From positions 12,581-76,580 of the forward strand of contig CALFMK010000003.1 of NCBI GenBank assembly GCA_937879955.1: a stretch of 64,000 nucleotides of DNA, read 5' to 3'. Both the position numbers and the translations under genes were made by a program. Each line of letters opens with the position of its first letter. Positions within the stretch are counted from its first letter, which is position 1. The DNA is from an uncultured bacterium. Its GTDB lineage: Bacteria > Patescibacteriota > Minisyncoccia > Phycocordibacterales > Phycocordibacteraceae. Below the pieces are notes generated by a model that did not search any database, was not told where the DNA came from, and was given only the letters and a program-made list of their open reading frames with translations. Shown here piece by piece: positions 26,958 through 39,500 of this stretch.

Positions 26958-29486
26958 ATGGCCAATATCCTCGGAAAACTCTTCTCAAAGAACCAGTCGG
27001 CAAGCTTCATAAAGCTCGCTGCGCCGGTCGTCGCCCGTGCTGCCGAGCTCTCGGAAGGCTTCGAGAAGCTCTCGGCCGAGGAGCTCAAGGAACGCGTTGA
27101 TGCGATCCGGGAGCGCACGAACGGACGTCCGGAGTCGAACAATGACGTCGCGGAGACGTTCGCGCTCGTACGCGAGGCTGCGCGCCGCACGCTGAACGAG
27201 CGCCACTACGACGTGCAACTCATCGGCGGCCTGGTGCTCAGTCGCGGCAAGATCGCCGAGATGCGCACGGGAGAAGGAAAGACGCTCGTCGCGACGCTCG
27301 CGGTGACGCTCTTCGCGCTCGCCGGGAAGGGCGTGCACGTGGTGACGGTGAACGACTATCTCGCGCGACGCGATGCCGCATGGATGGGGCAGGTGTACGC
27401 TGCGCTCGGCCTTACCACCGGAGTCGTGACGTCGAGCGGCGCGTACGTCTATGACGCGTCCCATGTCGAGCCTGCGGAGGACGCGAAGCGCGACGAGGAA
27501 GGATCCTTCCGCGTCTTCTATGATTATCTCCGTCCTGCGACGAAGAAGGAGGCGTACGCGGCGGACATCACCTACGCGACGAACAACGAGCTCGGCTTCG
27601 ATTACCTGCGCGACAACACCGCGTACGACCTCTCGCAGCTCGTGCAGCGCGGCCAGCACTTCGCGATCGTGGACGAGATCGACTCGATCCTCATCGACGA
27701 GGCGCGTACGCCGCTCATCATCTCGGGACCGGCTGCCGATGCCGAAGGGCTCTACGAGCGCTTCGCCGCCATCGTCCGCAATTTCAAGGAGGGTGAGGAC
27801 TATACCGTGGACGAGAAGCAGCGCGCCGTGCAGATAACGGAGGAGGGTATGATGAAGGCCGAGAAGGCCCTCAATATCGAGAACCTCTACGCCGAGGGCG
27901 GCATGAAGTACGCGCATCATCTCGATACCGCCGTCCGCGCGAAGGCGCTCTTCCGCAAGGACAAGGAGTACGTCGTGAAGGACAACGAGATCATGATCGT
28001 CGACGAGTTCACGGGACGCCTGCAGCCGGGCCGCCGCTGGAGCGAAGGCCTCCATCAGGCCATCGAGGCGAAGGAAGGGACGCCAATCCAGAAGGAGACT
28101 CGCACCTACGCGTCCGTTACCTTCCAGAACTACTTCCGCATGTACGAGCGCGTCGCCGGCATGACCGGTACGGGCCTCTCTTCGGAGGAGGAGTTCTACA
28201 CCGTGTACGGCCTCGAGGTCGTACAGGTGCCGACCCATCGTCCTATCAAGCGCAAGGACTTCGACGACCTCATCTTCCAGAACCTCGCCGGCAAGTACAA
28301 GGCGCTGGCAGCGCACGTGAAGGAGATCCACGCGAAGGGTCAGCCGGTGCTCATCGGCACGGTGTCCATCGAGGACAACGAGGTCGTTTCAGAGGCGCTC
28401 AAGGCCGTGGGCATCCCGCACGAGGTGCTCAACGCCAAGAATCACGAGCGCGAGGGCGAGATCATCGCCAACGCGGGCCGCAAGGGCGCCGTCACGGTGG
28501 CGACCAACCTCGCCGGCCGCGGCGTCGACATCAAGCTCGGCGGCGCCGTCGCGACGCCTGAGGAACGCGAGGCGGTACGCGAGCTCGGCGGCCTCGTCGT
28601 CATGGGTACGGAGCGCCACGAGGCGCGCCGCATCGACGACCAGCTGCGCGGCCGTTCGGGCCGCCAGGGAGACCCGGGCGAGACCCGGTTCTACGTGTCG
28701 CTCGACGACAAGCTCATGCGCGTCTTCGCGTCCGACATGGTGAAGAACGTGATGGGCACGTTCAAGATCCCCGAGGACGAGCCGATCCAGAGCTCCCTCA
28801 TCACCAAGTCGCTCGAGACCGCGCAGAAGCGCATCGAGGGCTTCAACTTCGACTCCCGCAAGCAGGTGCTCTCGTACGACGACGTCCTCAACACGCAGCG
28901 TCTCGCGGTCTACCGCGAGCGCATGACGGCGCTCAGCGGCACGGACGAGGAGATCGAGGCGCTCGTGAAGGAGTTCATGGAGGGCGACGCCGATGCCATC
29001 GCCGCGTACGACGCGAAGAAGGAGGAGTTCGGCGCGGCTGCCATGAGCGCGCTCATGCGCCGCCTCGTGCTCCAGGTGACCGACACCTTCTGGCTCGAGC
29101 ACCTCGAGACCATGGACTACCTCAGGCGCTCCGTATCGCTCCGCGCCTACGGCCAGCGCGATCCGCTCATCGAGTACCGCAAGGAAGGCCTCGCCCGCTA
29201 CCAGGCGCTCCAGTCAGGCGTACGCACGGCGGTGCGCGAGGCTATCCCGCGCATTCGCCCGGCAGACGATTCCCGCATGCGCGCCGAGGAGGAGAAGACG
29301 CGCGCGAAGCTCGTGGCGGCTTCCGAGGGAGGAGACGGATCCGCCGAGACACCGGCGCCCATCAAGAACGAGCATGCCTTCGGCCGCAACGACGAGGTAA
29401 CCATCCGTCGCGGCGAGGAGACGCAGACCCTGAAGTACAAGAAGGCGGAAGCTCTCCTCAAGGACGGCTGGACCATCGTCTCGTAG
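26958..29486 (+). CDS. secA: Protein translocase subunit SecA
   Basis: EMRTGEGKT, VDEIDSILIDEARTPLIISG, GMTGT, QLRGRSGRQGDPG. Confidence 0.97.
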   Translation: MANILGKLFSKNQSASFIKLAAPVVARAAELSEGFEKLSAEELKERVDAIRERTNGRPESNNDVAETFALVREAARRTLNERHYDVQLIGGLVLSRGKIAEMRTGEGKTLVATLAVTLFALAGKGVHVVTVNDYLARRDAAWMGQVYAALGLTTGVVTSSGAYVYDASHVEPAEDAKRDEEGSFRVFYDYLRPATKKEAYAADITYATNNELGFDYLRDNTAYDLSQLVQRGQHFAIVDEIDSILIDEARTPLIISGPAADAEGLYERFAAIVRNFKEGEDYTVDEKQRAVQITEEGMMKAEKALNIENLYAEGGMKYAHHLDTAVRAKALFRKDKEYVVKDNEIMIVDEFTGRLQPGRRWSEGLHQAIEAKEGTPIQKETRTYASVTFQNYFRMYERVAGMTGTGLSSEEEFYTVYGLEVVQVPTHRPIKRKDFDDLIFQNLAGKYKALAAHVKEIHAKGQPVLIGTVSIEDNEVVSEALKAVGIPHEVLNAKNHEREGEIIANAGRKGAVTVATNLAGRGVDIKLGGAVATPEEREAVRELGGLVVMGTERHEARRIDDQLRGRSGRQGDPGETRFYVSLDDKLMRVFASDMVKNVMGTFKIPEDEPIQSSLITKSLETAQKRIEGFNFDSRKQVLSYDDVLNTQRLAVYRERMTALSGTDEEIEALVKEFMEGDADAIAAYDAKKEEFGAAAMSALMRRLVLQVTDTFWLEHLETMDYLRRSVSLRAYGQRDPLIEYRKEGLARYQALQSGVRTAVREAIPRIRPADDSRMRAEEEKTRAKLVAASEGGDGSAETPAPIKNEHAFGRNDEVTIRRGEETQTLKYKKAEALLKDGWTIVS

Positions 29487-29509
29487 AGTCGAGGGCAGGA
29501 CACGTCGAA

Positions 29510-29539
29510 AGAAGAGCCGCTCCTGTGAGCGGCTCTTCT
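29510..29539 (+). terminator. Intrinsic terminator
   Basis: AGAAGAGCCGCTC-CTGT-GAGCGGCTCTTCT. Confidence 0.7.
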
Positions 29540-29607
29540 CGTTCGTCCAAAATCATAACGCCTACAATACTAGGTAAAGTCAAATAACCGTGCTATACTC
29601 TCACGCA

Positions 29608-30603
29608 ATGGCATTCGTCGATGAGATGCGCGTACATGCGATAGCCGGACACGGAGGTCCGGGCGTTGTGCGTTGGCTGCACCTGAAGGGCCTCGAGAAG
29701 GGAGGTCCTGCTGGCGGCGACGGCGGTCGCGGCGGCGACATCATCGTCGAGGCCGTGCGCGACCTCGCGGCGCTCGCGGCATATCGCTACACGAAGCGGG
29801 TGAAGGCGGAGAACGGAGGTGCCGGAGGCGGCGTCGACCGTCACGGCGCTGACGGCGCTCCGGTGGTCCTGCGTCTCCCGGTCGGCTCCACGGTCCGGGT
29901 ATCCTCCACGGGCGACACCTTCGACCTCATGAAGGAAGGGGAACGGATCGTCGTCCTGAAGGGCGGGCCTGGCGGCTTCGGCAACGCCCACTACAAGGGA
30001 CCGACCAACCAGAATCCGATGCAGGCCTCGCCGGGCAAGAACGGCCAGGCTGGGGATATCCATATCACCCTCAAGCTCATCGCCGATGCCGGTCTCATCG
30101 GCTTCCCGAACGCCGGGAAGTCCTCCCTCCTGAACGAGCTGACTCGGGCTCGCTCCCGCGTCGGCGCCTATCCGTTCACGACCCTCGACCCGCACCTCGG
30201 AGACTTCTATGGGCGCATCCTGGCCGATATCCCTGGTCTCATCGAGGGCGCCTCGGAAGGAAAAGGTCTCGGTTCTCGTTTCCTCAAGCACATAGAACGT
30301 ACCAAATTCCTTGTGCATCTCGTCTCGGTTGAGCAAGAAGACGTCGTCGCGGCCTATAGGGCCATACGGGACGAGCTCTCGGCCTTCGGTAACGGCCTCG
30401 ACCAGAAGGACGAGCTCATCGTGCTCTCGAAGGTGGATCTCGTAGAGCCAGAAGAGGCTGAGCGCCTCCAGAAGGCCCTCGAGAAGGCGGCAGGGAAGAA
30501 GGTCCTCCAGCTCACCATAGCCGACGAGAACCTCCTCAAGGCGTTCTCGGACACCCTCTCCAAAGAGCTCGCCAAGGGTGACGAGACGGTAGCGGCGGAC
30601 TAG
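29608..30603 (+). CDS. obgE: GTPase ObgE/CgtA
   Basis: MAFVDE Gly-rich Obg fold, GFPNAGKS, YPFTT, DIPGLIEGA. Start moved to ATG 29608. Confidence 0.95.
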   Translation: MAFVDEMRVHAIAGHGGPGVVRWLHLKGLEKGGPAGGDGGRGGDIIVEAVRDLAALAAYRYTKRVKAENGGAGGGVDRHGADGAPVVLRLPVGSTVRVSSTGDTFDLMKEGERIVVLKGGPGGFGNAHYKGPTNQNPMQASPGKNGQAGDIHITLKLIADAGLIGFPNAGKSSLLNELTRARSRVGAYPFTTLDPHLGDFYGRILADIPGLIEGASEGKGLGSRFLKHIERTKFLVHLVSVEQEDVVAAYRAIRDELSAFGNGLDQKDELIVLSKVDLVEPEEAERLQKALEKAAGKKVLQLTIADENLLKAFSDTLSKELAKGDETVAAD

Positions 30604-30627
30604 CCGCCCCTGTGCTAGCATTTCCCT

Positions 30628-32049
30628 ATGAGCGAATACCGTCCGACCATAGGTCTTGAGATCCACGCCGAGCTGAATACCCGGACGAAGATGTTCTGTG
30701 CCTGCAAGAACGATCCTGAGGCCGAGCTTCCGAACACGAACGTCTGCCCGGTCTGCATGGCGCATCCTGGCACGCTTCCGAACGCGAACCGCGAGGCGGT
30801 CCATCAGGTGCTCCGCGTCGGTGCTGCGCTCGGCGCGAAGCTCGCGGATTTCTCCGAGTGGGATCGCAAGAGCTATTTCTATCCGGACATACCGAAGGGA
30901 TACCAGATCAGCCAGTACGAGCACCCGCTCGTCGAGGGCGGGAGCCTGAACGGCGTCGCCATCACGCGCGTCCACCTCGAGGAGGACACCGCACGCTCCT
31001 CGCACACCACGAGCGATGGCGTGTCCCTCGTCGACTTCAACCGCGCGGGCGTCCCGCTCATGGAGCTCGTTACCGATCCAGTGATCCATGATGCGGAGAC
31101 CGCTGGCGCGTTCGCGCGCGAGCTCCAGCTCCTCCTGCGCACGCTCGGCGCGTCCCATGCGAATCTCGAGAAAGGCGAGATGCGCGTCGAGGCGAACATC
31201 TCCGTCTCGAAGACCGACGCCTTCGGCACGAAGGTCGAGGTCAAGAACCTGAACTCGTTCCGTTCGGTCGAGCGCGCGATCGCGTTCGAGATCGAGCGCC
31301 AGTCGAAGATCCTCGACGAGGGAGGCGTCGTGCTCCAGGAGACCCGTGGCTGGGACGAGGGAGGACAGAAGACCTTCTCGCAGCGTCTCAAGGAGGGGAG
31401 TGCCGACTACCGCTACTTCCCAGAGCCTGACCTCCCGAAGCTGCTTATCTCAGAGATTCCCGAGTTCTCCGCAGAGGCACTCAAGGCATCGCTCCCGGAG
31501 CTTCCCTGGGAGCGTCGCGCGCGGTACGTATCGCTCGGACTGAAAGAGAGCGACGCGGCATTCTTCGCATCGACGAGTACGCGCAGCAATTTCTTCGATG
31601 CGGTCGCTGCTGAAATCGGCGATGACAAATCGCTCCTCACATCCGCGACGAACTATCTCGTTTCAGACGTTGCAGGCTGGTACGCGAAGTCGGGCAAGGA
31701 AGAGTACGAGGGTCTCATGCCTGCGAGCTTCGTCTCGCTCATGCGCCTCGTCGGCGCAGGCGACCTTTCCTCGCGCGGTGCGAAGGACGTCCTCGCCATC
31801 CTGCTCGAGAAGGGCGGCGACCCTGCGACTATCGCCAAGGAAGGCGGCTTCATCCAGGTGAGCGACGAAGGCGCACTCCTTGCTGCCGTCCAGGCCGTAC
31901 TCAAGGAACATGAGGGTGTGGCTGCTGAGTACCGGGCAGGCAAGGAGTCATCGCTCCAGTTCCTGGTTGGCATGAGCATGAAGGCCATGAAGGGGGCAGG
32001 CAATCCAGGAGCCCTCAAGGCGCTGCTTGAGGCAGAGCTCAGAAAGTAG
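30628..32049 (+). CDS. gatB: Asp/Glu-tRNA amidotransferase subunit B
   Basis: IGLEIH, YFYPDIPKGYQISQ, DFNRAGVPLMELV, YRYFPEPDLP. Confidence 0.97.
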   Translation: MSEYRPTIGLEIHAELNTRTKMFCACKNDPEAELPNTNVCPVCMAHPGTLPNANREAVHQVLRVGAALGAKLADFSEWDRKSYFYPDIPKGYQISQYEHPLVEGGSLNGVAITRVHLEEDTARSSHTTSDGVSLVDFNRAGVPLMELVTDPVIHDAETAGAFARELQLLLRTLGASHANLEKGEMRVEANISVSKTDAFGTKVEVKNLNSFRSVERAIAFEIERQSKILDEGGVVLQETRGWDEGGQKTFSQRLKEGSADYRYFPEPDLPKLLISEIPEFSAEALKASLPELPWERRARYVSLGLKESDAAFFASTSTRSNFFDAVAAEIGDDKSLLTSATNYLVSDVAGWYAKSGKEEYEGLMPASFVSLMRLVGAGDLSSRGAKDVLAILLEKGGDPATIAKEGGFIQVSDEGALLAAVQAVLKEHEGVAAEYRAGKESSLQFLVGMSMKAMKGAGNPGALKALLEAELRK

Positions 32050-32204
32050 ACACAAAGAGCGGTTTAGTACGAAAGGCGATCCGAGAGGGTCGTCTTTCTC
32101 AATTTCTCTCATGCATCGTGACTGAAAATACTGGAAGAAGAGAGAACAAAAGTGCGTGTTTATAAACTATGGTAGACGAGGCGAGAAACCCATATAATTC
32201 AAGC

Positions 32205-33083
32205 ATGGATGAGATACTAATCGAGGGAAGAGTGTTCATCTCGTCAAAGCAAGCGGCCAAGATTACTGGATATGCCAAGGACTATGTCGGCCAGCTTTGC
32301 CGGGAAGGGAGAGTAGACGCACGTCTTGTCGGCAGGAACTGGTATGTTCTCCAGGACTCCATACGCGAGCACCGCTTCGGAAAACCGGAGGAGGATGCCC
32401 ATAATGCCCCTGAAATCGAAACTTCCGCCGCAGAGGATCGTATTTCGACTTGGCAACGGCCTCAGTATCAGGCAGAGACACCGGCATTCGTAGCTGACTT
32501 GGCACCCAAGACGCCGACCACAGCAGCGAATCCTGCCATACAGGACATGCAGTCCGCCTGGAAGGAGTGGTTTGAGGAGAGGAAGCCAACAGCAGCGACC
32601 TTCTCCGGAGAGCACGGTGCTGATAAAAGTGAGGATTTGTTAGTGATGTCGTCTGAAGACTCTGCAAATGAGACAGAGATGATCGAAGAGGTGGAGGAGG
32701 TGGTCATCTCGCACATAACCCAGGAGCCCGTATATGAGTCTCCAGAGCCAGAAGAAGAGAGCAGGGTGGAGTTGCACCGATCGTACGGCTCTAGAATGGA
32801 GCGTGAGAGTGTAAGGACTGATGCGGTACCAGTGGCCGACATTTCTTCCAAGGCCAGCCAGAAGAGAACCGCACGTTTTGAGGAGGAATTCGATGATGAC
32901 CGTAGTGGCTCAGGAATCATGCGTGCAGTGATCGTAGTGGTCGCACTCGCTGCTGTACTCGTTGCTATTGTTGGAACGGGTAATGCAGAACGACTCCTTG
33001 CTGGCACGAGCTTTGACTTCGGGGCACAGAAGAGCGTAATAGACTTTCTCGGTGGAAAGAGCACGTATGAAAGTAGCTTATAA
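32205..33083 (+). CDS. Protein with N-terminal excisionase/MerR-like HTH, acidic disordered linker and C-terminal TM
   Basis: ISSKQAAKITGYAKDYVGQLCREGRVDARLVGRNWYV; TM IMRAVIVVVALAAVLVAIVG. TATAAT lies 6 nt before ATG 32205. Confidence 0.8.
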   Translation: MDEILIEGRVFISSKQAAKITGYAKDYVGQLCREGRVDARLVGRNWYVLQDSIREHRFGKPEEDAHNAPEIETSAAEDRISTWQRPQYQAETPAFVADLAPKTPTTAANPAIQDMQSAWKEWFEERKPTAATFSGEHGADKSEDLLVMSSEDSANETEMIEEVEEVVISHITQEPVYESPEPEEESRVELHRSYGSRMERESVRTDAVPVADISSKASQKRTARFEEEFDDDRSGSGIMRAVIVVVALAAVLVAIVGTGNAERLLAGTSFDFGAQKSVIDFLGGKSTYESSL

Positions 33084-33180
33084 ATACTAGCTATCTCGTC
33101 TCGTATAGAAGAGATTAAAGGTAAGAGGGTGAAAATGGCTGGCGAGAGTAAGGATTCCCAAGCCCACTTACTTAAATAGT

Positions 33181-33219
33181 AGAAAAGAGCCCCGGAACAT
33201 CATTCCGGGGCTCTTTTCT
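33181..33219. terminator. Intrinsic terminator
   Basis: AGAAAAGAGCCCCGGAA-CATCA-TTCCGGGGCTCTTTTCT. Confidence 0.8.
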
Positions 33220-33547
33220 GCGCTAAGTATCTTACTCAAACGAATCTATCGTGGGATTTCTAGCCTTACGCGTATGCCAGATTCAAATTTGAAGGCCTTA
33301 TGCAGACATACTTATTTCTTTCTACACATGAATGACAGTAAGTCATGCGAAGCTGCTCGTGCCCCTGACCAAATGAGTCCGACTCGGTCGGTAGTAGAAA
33401 TTTCTTAGAGTTCATCCATGGAAACTTATTCCTGGTCTCGAGCGCACGCTCTCAATGATCGAAGAAGACTATCCCCAAACTCTCGGAATAAATAAGCGAC
33501 AACACAAGCTAGAATATAGGTAATTCGGATATCCGACTCATCGAATC

Positions 33548-36500
33548 TTGAACACGCTCCTTAATGGAAATCTGATCTCGACGAAAGACGCCTCGGCGCT
33601 CTCGGGATACAACGCGGACTATCTCTCGCGTCTCTGTCGCGCAGGCAAGATCCGTGGCGAGCAGGTCGGACGCGCGTGGCTCATCGAGCGCTCCTCGCTC
33701 GAAGAATTCATGGCTACGCAGGTGATGCGCAAGATCGAGCTTTCCGAGAATCTTGCCCGAGAGCGCGAAGAGGAATATCGCAGGATCAACCAGGCCGTTC
33801 CTGAGATGACGGTCCGCATGCAGGACAAAACTGACCATGCGGTGAACACGGTCATGTCCGTGCTCTCGAAGATGCACATGCCTCAGGCGTACCCGGCATT
33901 CGGCGGCCGCGCGGCATCCTTCGCTCTCACGGCGCTCGTGATCGGCGGAAGCACCCTCATCGCCGGCAGCGGGATAGTCGAGAAGACCGGAGTCGCGTTC
34001 ACGCATTTCGCGTTCGAGACGCGAGAGCTCGCGCTCGAGTCAGCCGACCGGACACTCGCTTATGCGCATGAGCGGAACGCGCTTCTCGCTTCGCGCGCGA
34101 TGCAAGAAGTGCGCGTGCACGACCTCTTGCTTGCATCTGTGAATGATGCGCGCGTGGAGACGCTCCCGTCGAAGTTCTCCGCAGGCTTCGAGGCGCTCGC
34201 GACACCGAGAGAGATTCCGGCGATAGCGCTATCGGAAGCGACTCCTCTTACAGATGAGGGTGCGCGCAGAGTGGCACAAGCACGTGCGATCGCGATGGAT
34301 CTCGAGACCGATCCGATCGGAAGCCTTACGCGCTCGTACCTGAGCACGGGTGCGTATCTTGTGCACCAGACTGACGCGGTACTCGCGATGCATCTTGATG
34401 CTACGTATGCGGCAGCCGATTCGATCCTTTCGCTCGGCGCCGGCATCCGTGACGCCTCGAGCCTTGCGGTCGGCGCGTACCAGGACGGCGTCTATGCCTA
34501 CGTGCGTAACGTCGAGCTCGTGCCGCGTACCGTGCTTTCGGTTGCATATGGTATCGGTGATGCGATGGCGACAGGCGTCTCAGGAGGCGTGCAGCGTGCG
34601 CCGGAGCGCTACGACGCGGGGATCATGGCATTCGCGATGCTCTCGCAGGATGCGGGCGAACGCATCGCGCGGGATTCATCCGCGTTCGGTGATGCGTCGC
34701 GAACGGTAGTCACCGCCATGCTCGAGATGGAGGATCGCAGCATCGCTCACGCGGTCGGTTCGAGCCGCGTGGCGTTCGGCGAGGGGCTCGATGCTGTTGA
34801 GTCCGTACCGCCCTCTATCGCGTACGCATTCGGCGGAGGCGTAGATCATCTTACTGCCGCAGTAGCGAGCGCACAGGCTCTCACCGCCTCTCCTTTCGCT
34901 GCGTTCGAGCCGTCCGACCTGCTCGAAGGATTCACGCACGGCGTACTCACGTTCTTCTCGGACGCCGTGACGACTATCGCCGGATTCTTCGGGGGCGAAG
35001 AGACCGGGCTGGCCGTCATCCCGTCAGAAGGTCCGGAGGAGACGTACTCGGTCCCGACGGCCGTTCAGCAGGAAGGAGGAGACACTAATATCTACGAGGG
35101 CCCGGTGACGATCGTGAACAATCATAACGAGTATCCGGCGCTCACATACTCGGGCGTAACGAAGGGGTACGTCGATACGCAACTCACGCTCCTTAACGAT
35201 CGCCTGATACGGAGCATCGATAATTCGCGCCGTGCAGCTAGGGGCGGCACCATCTCAATCAACGGACTTTCAGGTACCGGGCTCACGCTCAGCAATTCGG
35301 CCTGGAACGGCGGCTCGATCGTCGGCGCGACGCTCGATGTGCTCGATACGGCCGTCACCGGAGACCTCACTGCGAGCGGCTCGATCGAATCGAGCACGTA
35401 CATCGCCGGACCGTACGTGCTCGCGACCTCTACGACCGCGACCTCCGCGTTCTCCGGAAACATCGCCGCAGGACGCAACGCGACGTTCGGTACCACGGCT
35501 GCTGACCTGCTCACGGTGAATAGTTCGATTGCATCGCATCTCGTTCCGTCCGCCAACAACGCCTATGACCTCGGCTCCGCCGGTAATTACTGGCGTCGCG
35601 GCTACGTGAACGAGCTCATCGTTAATAACCTCTCCGCTGCATCGAGTTCGATAGGAGGAACGGCATCAAATGTCTTTTCCGTGAATTCCGATAACGCGAC
35701 GAACGATATCGAGGACAGTTCGATACTTTTTAACCGTGGCGTCGCGACTCCGAACGCGCTCATGACGTGGAACGCGTCCATGAAACGATTCGAGTTCAAC
35801 ATGCCGGTCTATTCCGCGGACGGCATCTTCGCGAGCGCGACCACGACCAATCTCATCGCGACGAACCTTTCCCTCGGAGGATCGCAGTTCACGTCGCTGC
35901 TCGGGAGCGGGCTCCAGAATGTCGCCGGCGCGCTTACGGTAAGTACCACGACGCTCGCCGGGAGCTTCTTCTCGCAGGACGGGAACTCGTTCGGTTCCAC
36001 GGCGACGCTCGGTACGAACGACGGCCAGACGCTCCAGTTCGAGACCGGGAACGTTCCACGCATATCCGTGCTCGCGAACGGCAATGTCGGTATAGGTACC
36101 ACAACCCCGCCGAACAAGTTCTCGGTCGTGTCCGGAGGGAACGATGACGGCATCTCCTGGTACAACTCGGTGGATGGCCGGCTTCTCGGGAGGTTCGGGC
36201 AGGAGGCAGGGACTCAGGGACGCATGACTCTCTGGAACGGAGCCTCTCCTGCCATAAACCTGCAGGCAGGCTCGAACTCGAATTTCATAAACGGGAACCT
36301 GATGCTGGGCAGTAATAATGTCGCGGCTAGCAGGCTCGCGGTGAACGGTAGCGCGGCGGTAGGCTCGGGCTACCAGCTCCTTGCCGCTCCGACGAACGGA
36401 TTGCTCGTCGAGGGGAACGTGGGTATTGGCACCTCGAGCCCGTCCTACGTATTCGATGTCCAGGGATCAGGATCGAACCAGGCCCGTATCTCGAGCACGG

Positions 36501-39500
36501 GCACGCTCTATAACATCCTCGATCTCAGCGCGTACGGCACCGGAGGCAACGTGCAGAACATGCTCCGCTTCAACAACGGCGCTTCCACGGCCTGGTCGTT
36601 CGGTGTAAATCAGGCGAACGGAAACGCTCTTACGTTCTCATCCGCCTCGCTACTCACATCGGCTCCGCGCATGGTGCTTACGACCGGCGGCAATGTCGGT
36701 ATCGGAACCACGTCTCCCGCGGTTCCTCTCGATGTCGTCGGTGCCATCCGCTCGAACGCGAGCGGAGGAACGACATACGCCCTCATCGGCGCGTCGGGCA
36801 ATGGTCTCGCCGGTCGTATAACCCTCGGACGCCGTTCGGACGGAGTCACGACGTCGGCGTTCTACGGGACGACCGTAGATGGCGCGAATGATGGTGCCAC
36901 CATCCATTACAGCGGCGGGTCTCAGGCCGCTATCGAGCTCTCTTCCGGGACCATATCCTTCAGAACGAATACCATAGGCACTGAGCGTATGCGTCTCGAT
37001 ACGAACGGCAATCTTGGTATCGGCACCAGCTCTCCATCGCAGCCCCTCACCGTAGCAGGGAACGGTTACCTTACAGGCGGCCTCGGCATCGGTGCCGCTA
37101 ATACCACGGCAGGAAGCGTGCTTGCGACCGGAAATTACATAACCACCGGCACGGGCTCCTATTTCGGAGCAACGACGAACTTCAATGCCTTCATACCGTT
37201 CGATAACGGCGGACGCACCGGCATCAATGCAGGAGGGAGCTTCTACGTGAACCTAGACTCCAATAACGACCAGACGGACCGTGCTTTCATAATTGCGAGG
37301 GACAGCAGCGCGCTCTCGAGCGGTACCGAGCTCTTCCGGATTCAGGAGAACGGCAATGTCGGTATCGGCACGACCACTCCTGATCAGAAACTTTCCGTGA
37401 CTGGCACCATCAAGGCGGAGCGCGCAGGCGGCCTTAAGGGTTCGGCGTTCCTCTTCCCGGCAGTCGGTAGCTCGAATAGCTGGTATGAGGGCCTCGGCTT
37501 CAATGCCTACTTCGACGGATCGAACTGGGTTACGGAGGGGGATGGAGCAAATAACGGCGGTTCGCTCCTCACCAGCTCTACGGCCGGCGGGTTCAGCTTC
37601 TTCAGCATGCCGAGCACCGGAGGTGCGGCCCAGACCATCGCCAATGCCAGTCTCGCGAATTACCAACGCATGACTATTACCTCGACGGGGAACGTCGGCA
37701 TAGGTACCAGTTCGCCTGCCACGAATTTTCATGTCAGTGGCATAGGCACCCAGACATTTAGGCTCGAGAATCAAGGCCTGGGCAATCTTTCGATCCAAGC
37801 GACGGGTGGTGATGGTCGTCTGTATACCTCATCAGGACCACTGCTTCTTCAGCCAAGCACAGGTAACGTCGGCATCGGTACCACCTCTCCGGTCTCGCAG
37901 TTCACCATAGACGGAACAAACTCCGCAGCCTTCCTTACCTATGGAGACACGGGCACCGGTTCCGGAACGTTTACCCTGAATTCGCCGAATTTCTCAACGC
38001 TTTCGCTCAATGGTAATACCGATGGCGCCCACGCTACTGCTAACTCTACGATTCGCCTTACTCTCAATAATGCGAACTACAGCGAGATCGGGCTTGATAG
38101 CGCATATGGGAACGGCTTAAAGCTCTTCACTGGCGAGACCTCTGGGTATGGCGGCGGTTCGGGAATCTTGATTACTCAGTCTGGCAACGTAGGGATCGGC
38201 ACTACTAATCCTGGTTCGACGCTTGATGTATCCGCGGGTGCGAGCGGAAGTGTGAACCAGATACGCGCGACGTTCGGAACGGGAAACGGTAACAGCCAAT
38301 TCGTTGCTAATCGACAGGCCACTTCTAACACTGCAGCCATTACATTCCAGACGAACGGCACGACGGATTGGGCTATCGGTCAGCCGTATTCGAGCCTCGG
38401 GGGCACTGGCTCTGATTTTCACATCTATGAGGCGGGCGCCTCGAGTCGTCTCACCATCCTCAAGTCGACTGGTTATGTCGGTATCGGCACGACGACACCA
38501 AACTATCTGCTGAGTTTAGGTATCCAGAGTGCAGCAAACGTGAATCAGGGCATAAGCCTCGCGAGGATTGCGGGCGGCCAGGAGGCGGTACGGTACGGCA
38601 TACGTTCTGACGCGGCAGGAAACTATCGCGGCTCGATAACGATGACAAACGCCGCCGGCACGCAGGTCGAGACGATGACCTTCAGTCCTGTTGGTAACGT
38701 CGGCATCGGCACTTCGTCTCCGTCCTCGATACTGCATATCGAATCGTCGTCGCCGGTCATAACCGTATACGACACGGCAGGATCGTCTGGTGCTCGGTTC
38801 AACGTAAACGGCCTTGTCGCTGCCGGCAGCCTTGCATACCGGTTCCAGACTGATAGCGGCACGAATACCATCATGTCGATGCTCCGTAATGGAAATGTCG
38901 GTATCGGGACGTCATCACCGACAGGAAGGCTCACGGTCTATCAGTCCGCGTTTACGAGCACCGACGGCATCTATCTCGATAATTCGGGGAATAACTCAGG
39001 CCGTATCTATATAGATTCAGGGGGTGCCCTGAATCTGCAGCGCGGAACCAATACGGGTCAGCTCGTACTCAGTGCAGCAGGTAACGTCGGCATCGGCACG
39101 ACATCTCCTGTGGCAAAGCTTGATGTCGGCGGCCAGATCGGCACGGTTGGATCAGGTATCGGCGCAGGCGCGGGCGTGGCCACGTTCTCAACGAACGTAA
39201 ATAACTCGGCCGGCATCGAGATGCGCAACGCGAGCGCTGCCGGAGGCGCCTCGTTCCGATTCGCCATCTCCGACAACAATGCCAACGACTATCTTGCTTT
39301 CGAGCAGTCGAGCACCGGGAACGGCGGCACCTTGTTCGGTATGACGCGTTCAGGAATTTCCACGCTCTTCACGAACGGAACCGGGAACCGCACGCTTGCG
39401 GTAGGAACGGTGAACGCAGGCGCGGTTGTTCTGGGGACGAGTAACGCGGAGCGTCTGCGCATTACATCCACGGGTAATGTGGGTATCGGTACTTCTTCGC

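Noticed and set aside
33135-33179. 14-codon ORF MAGESKDSQAHLLK before the terminator
   Set aside because: Too short, weak SD, no supporting feature. Could be chance.
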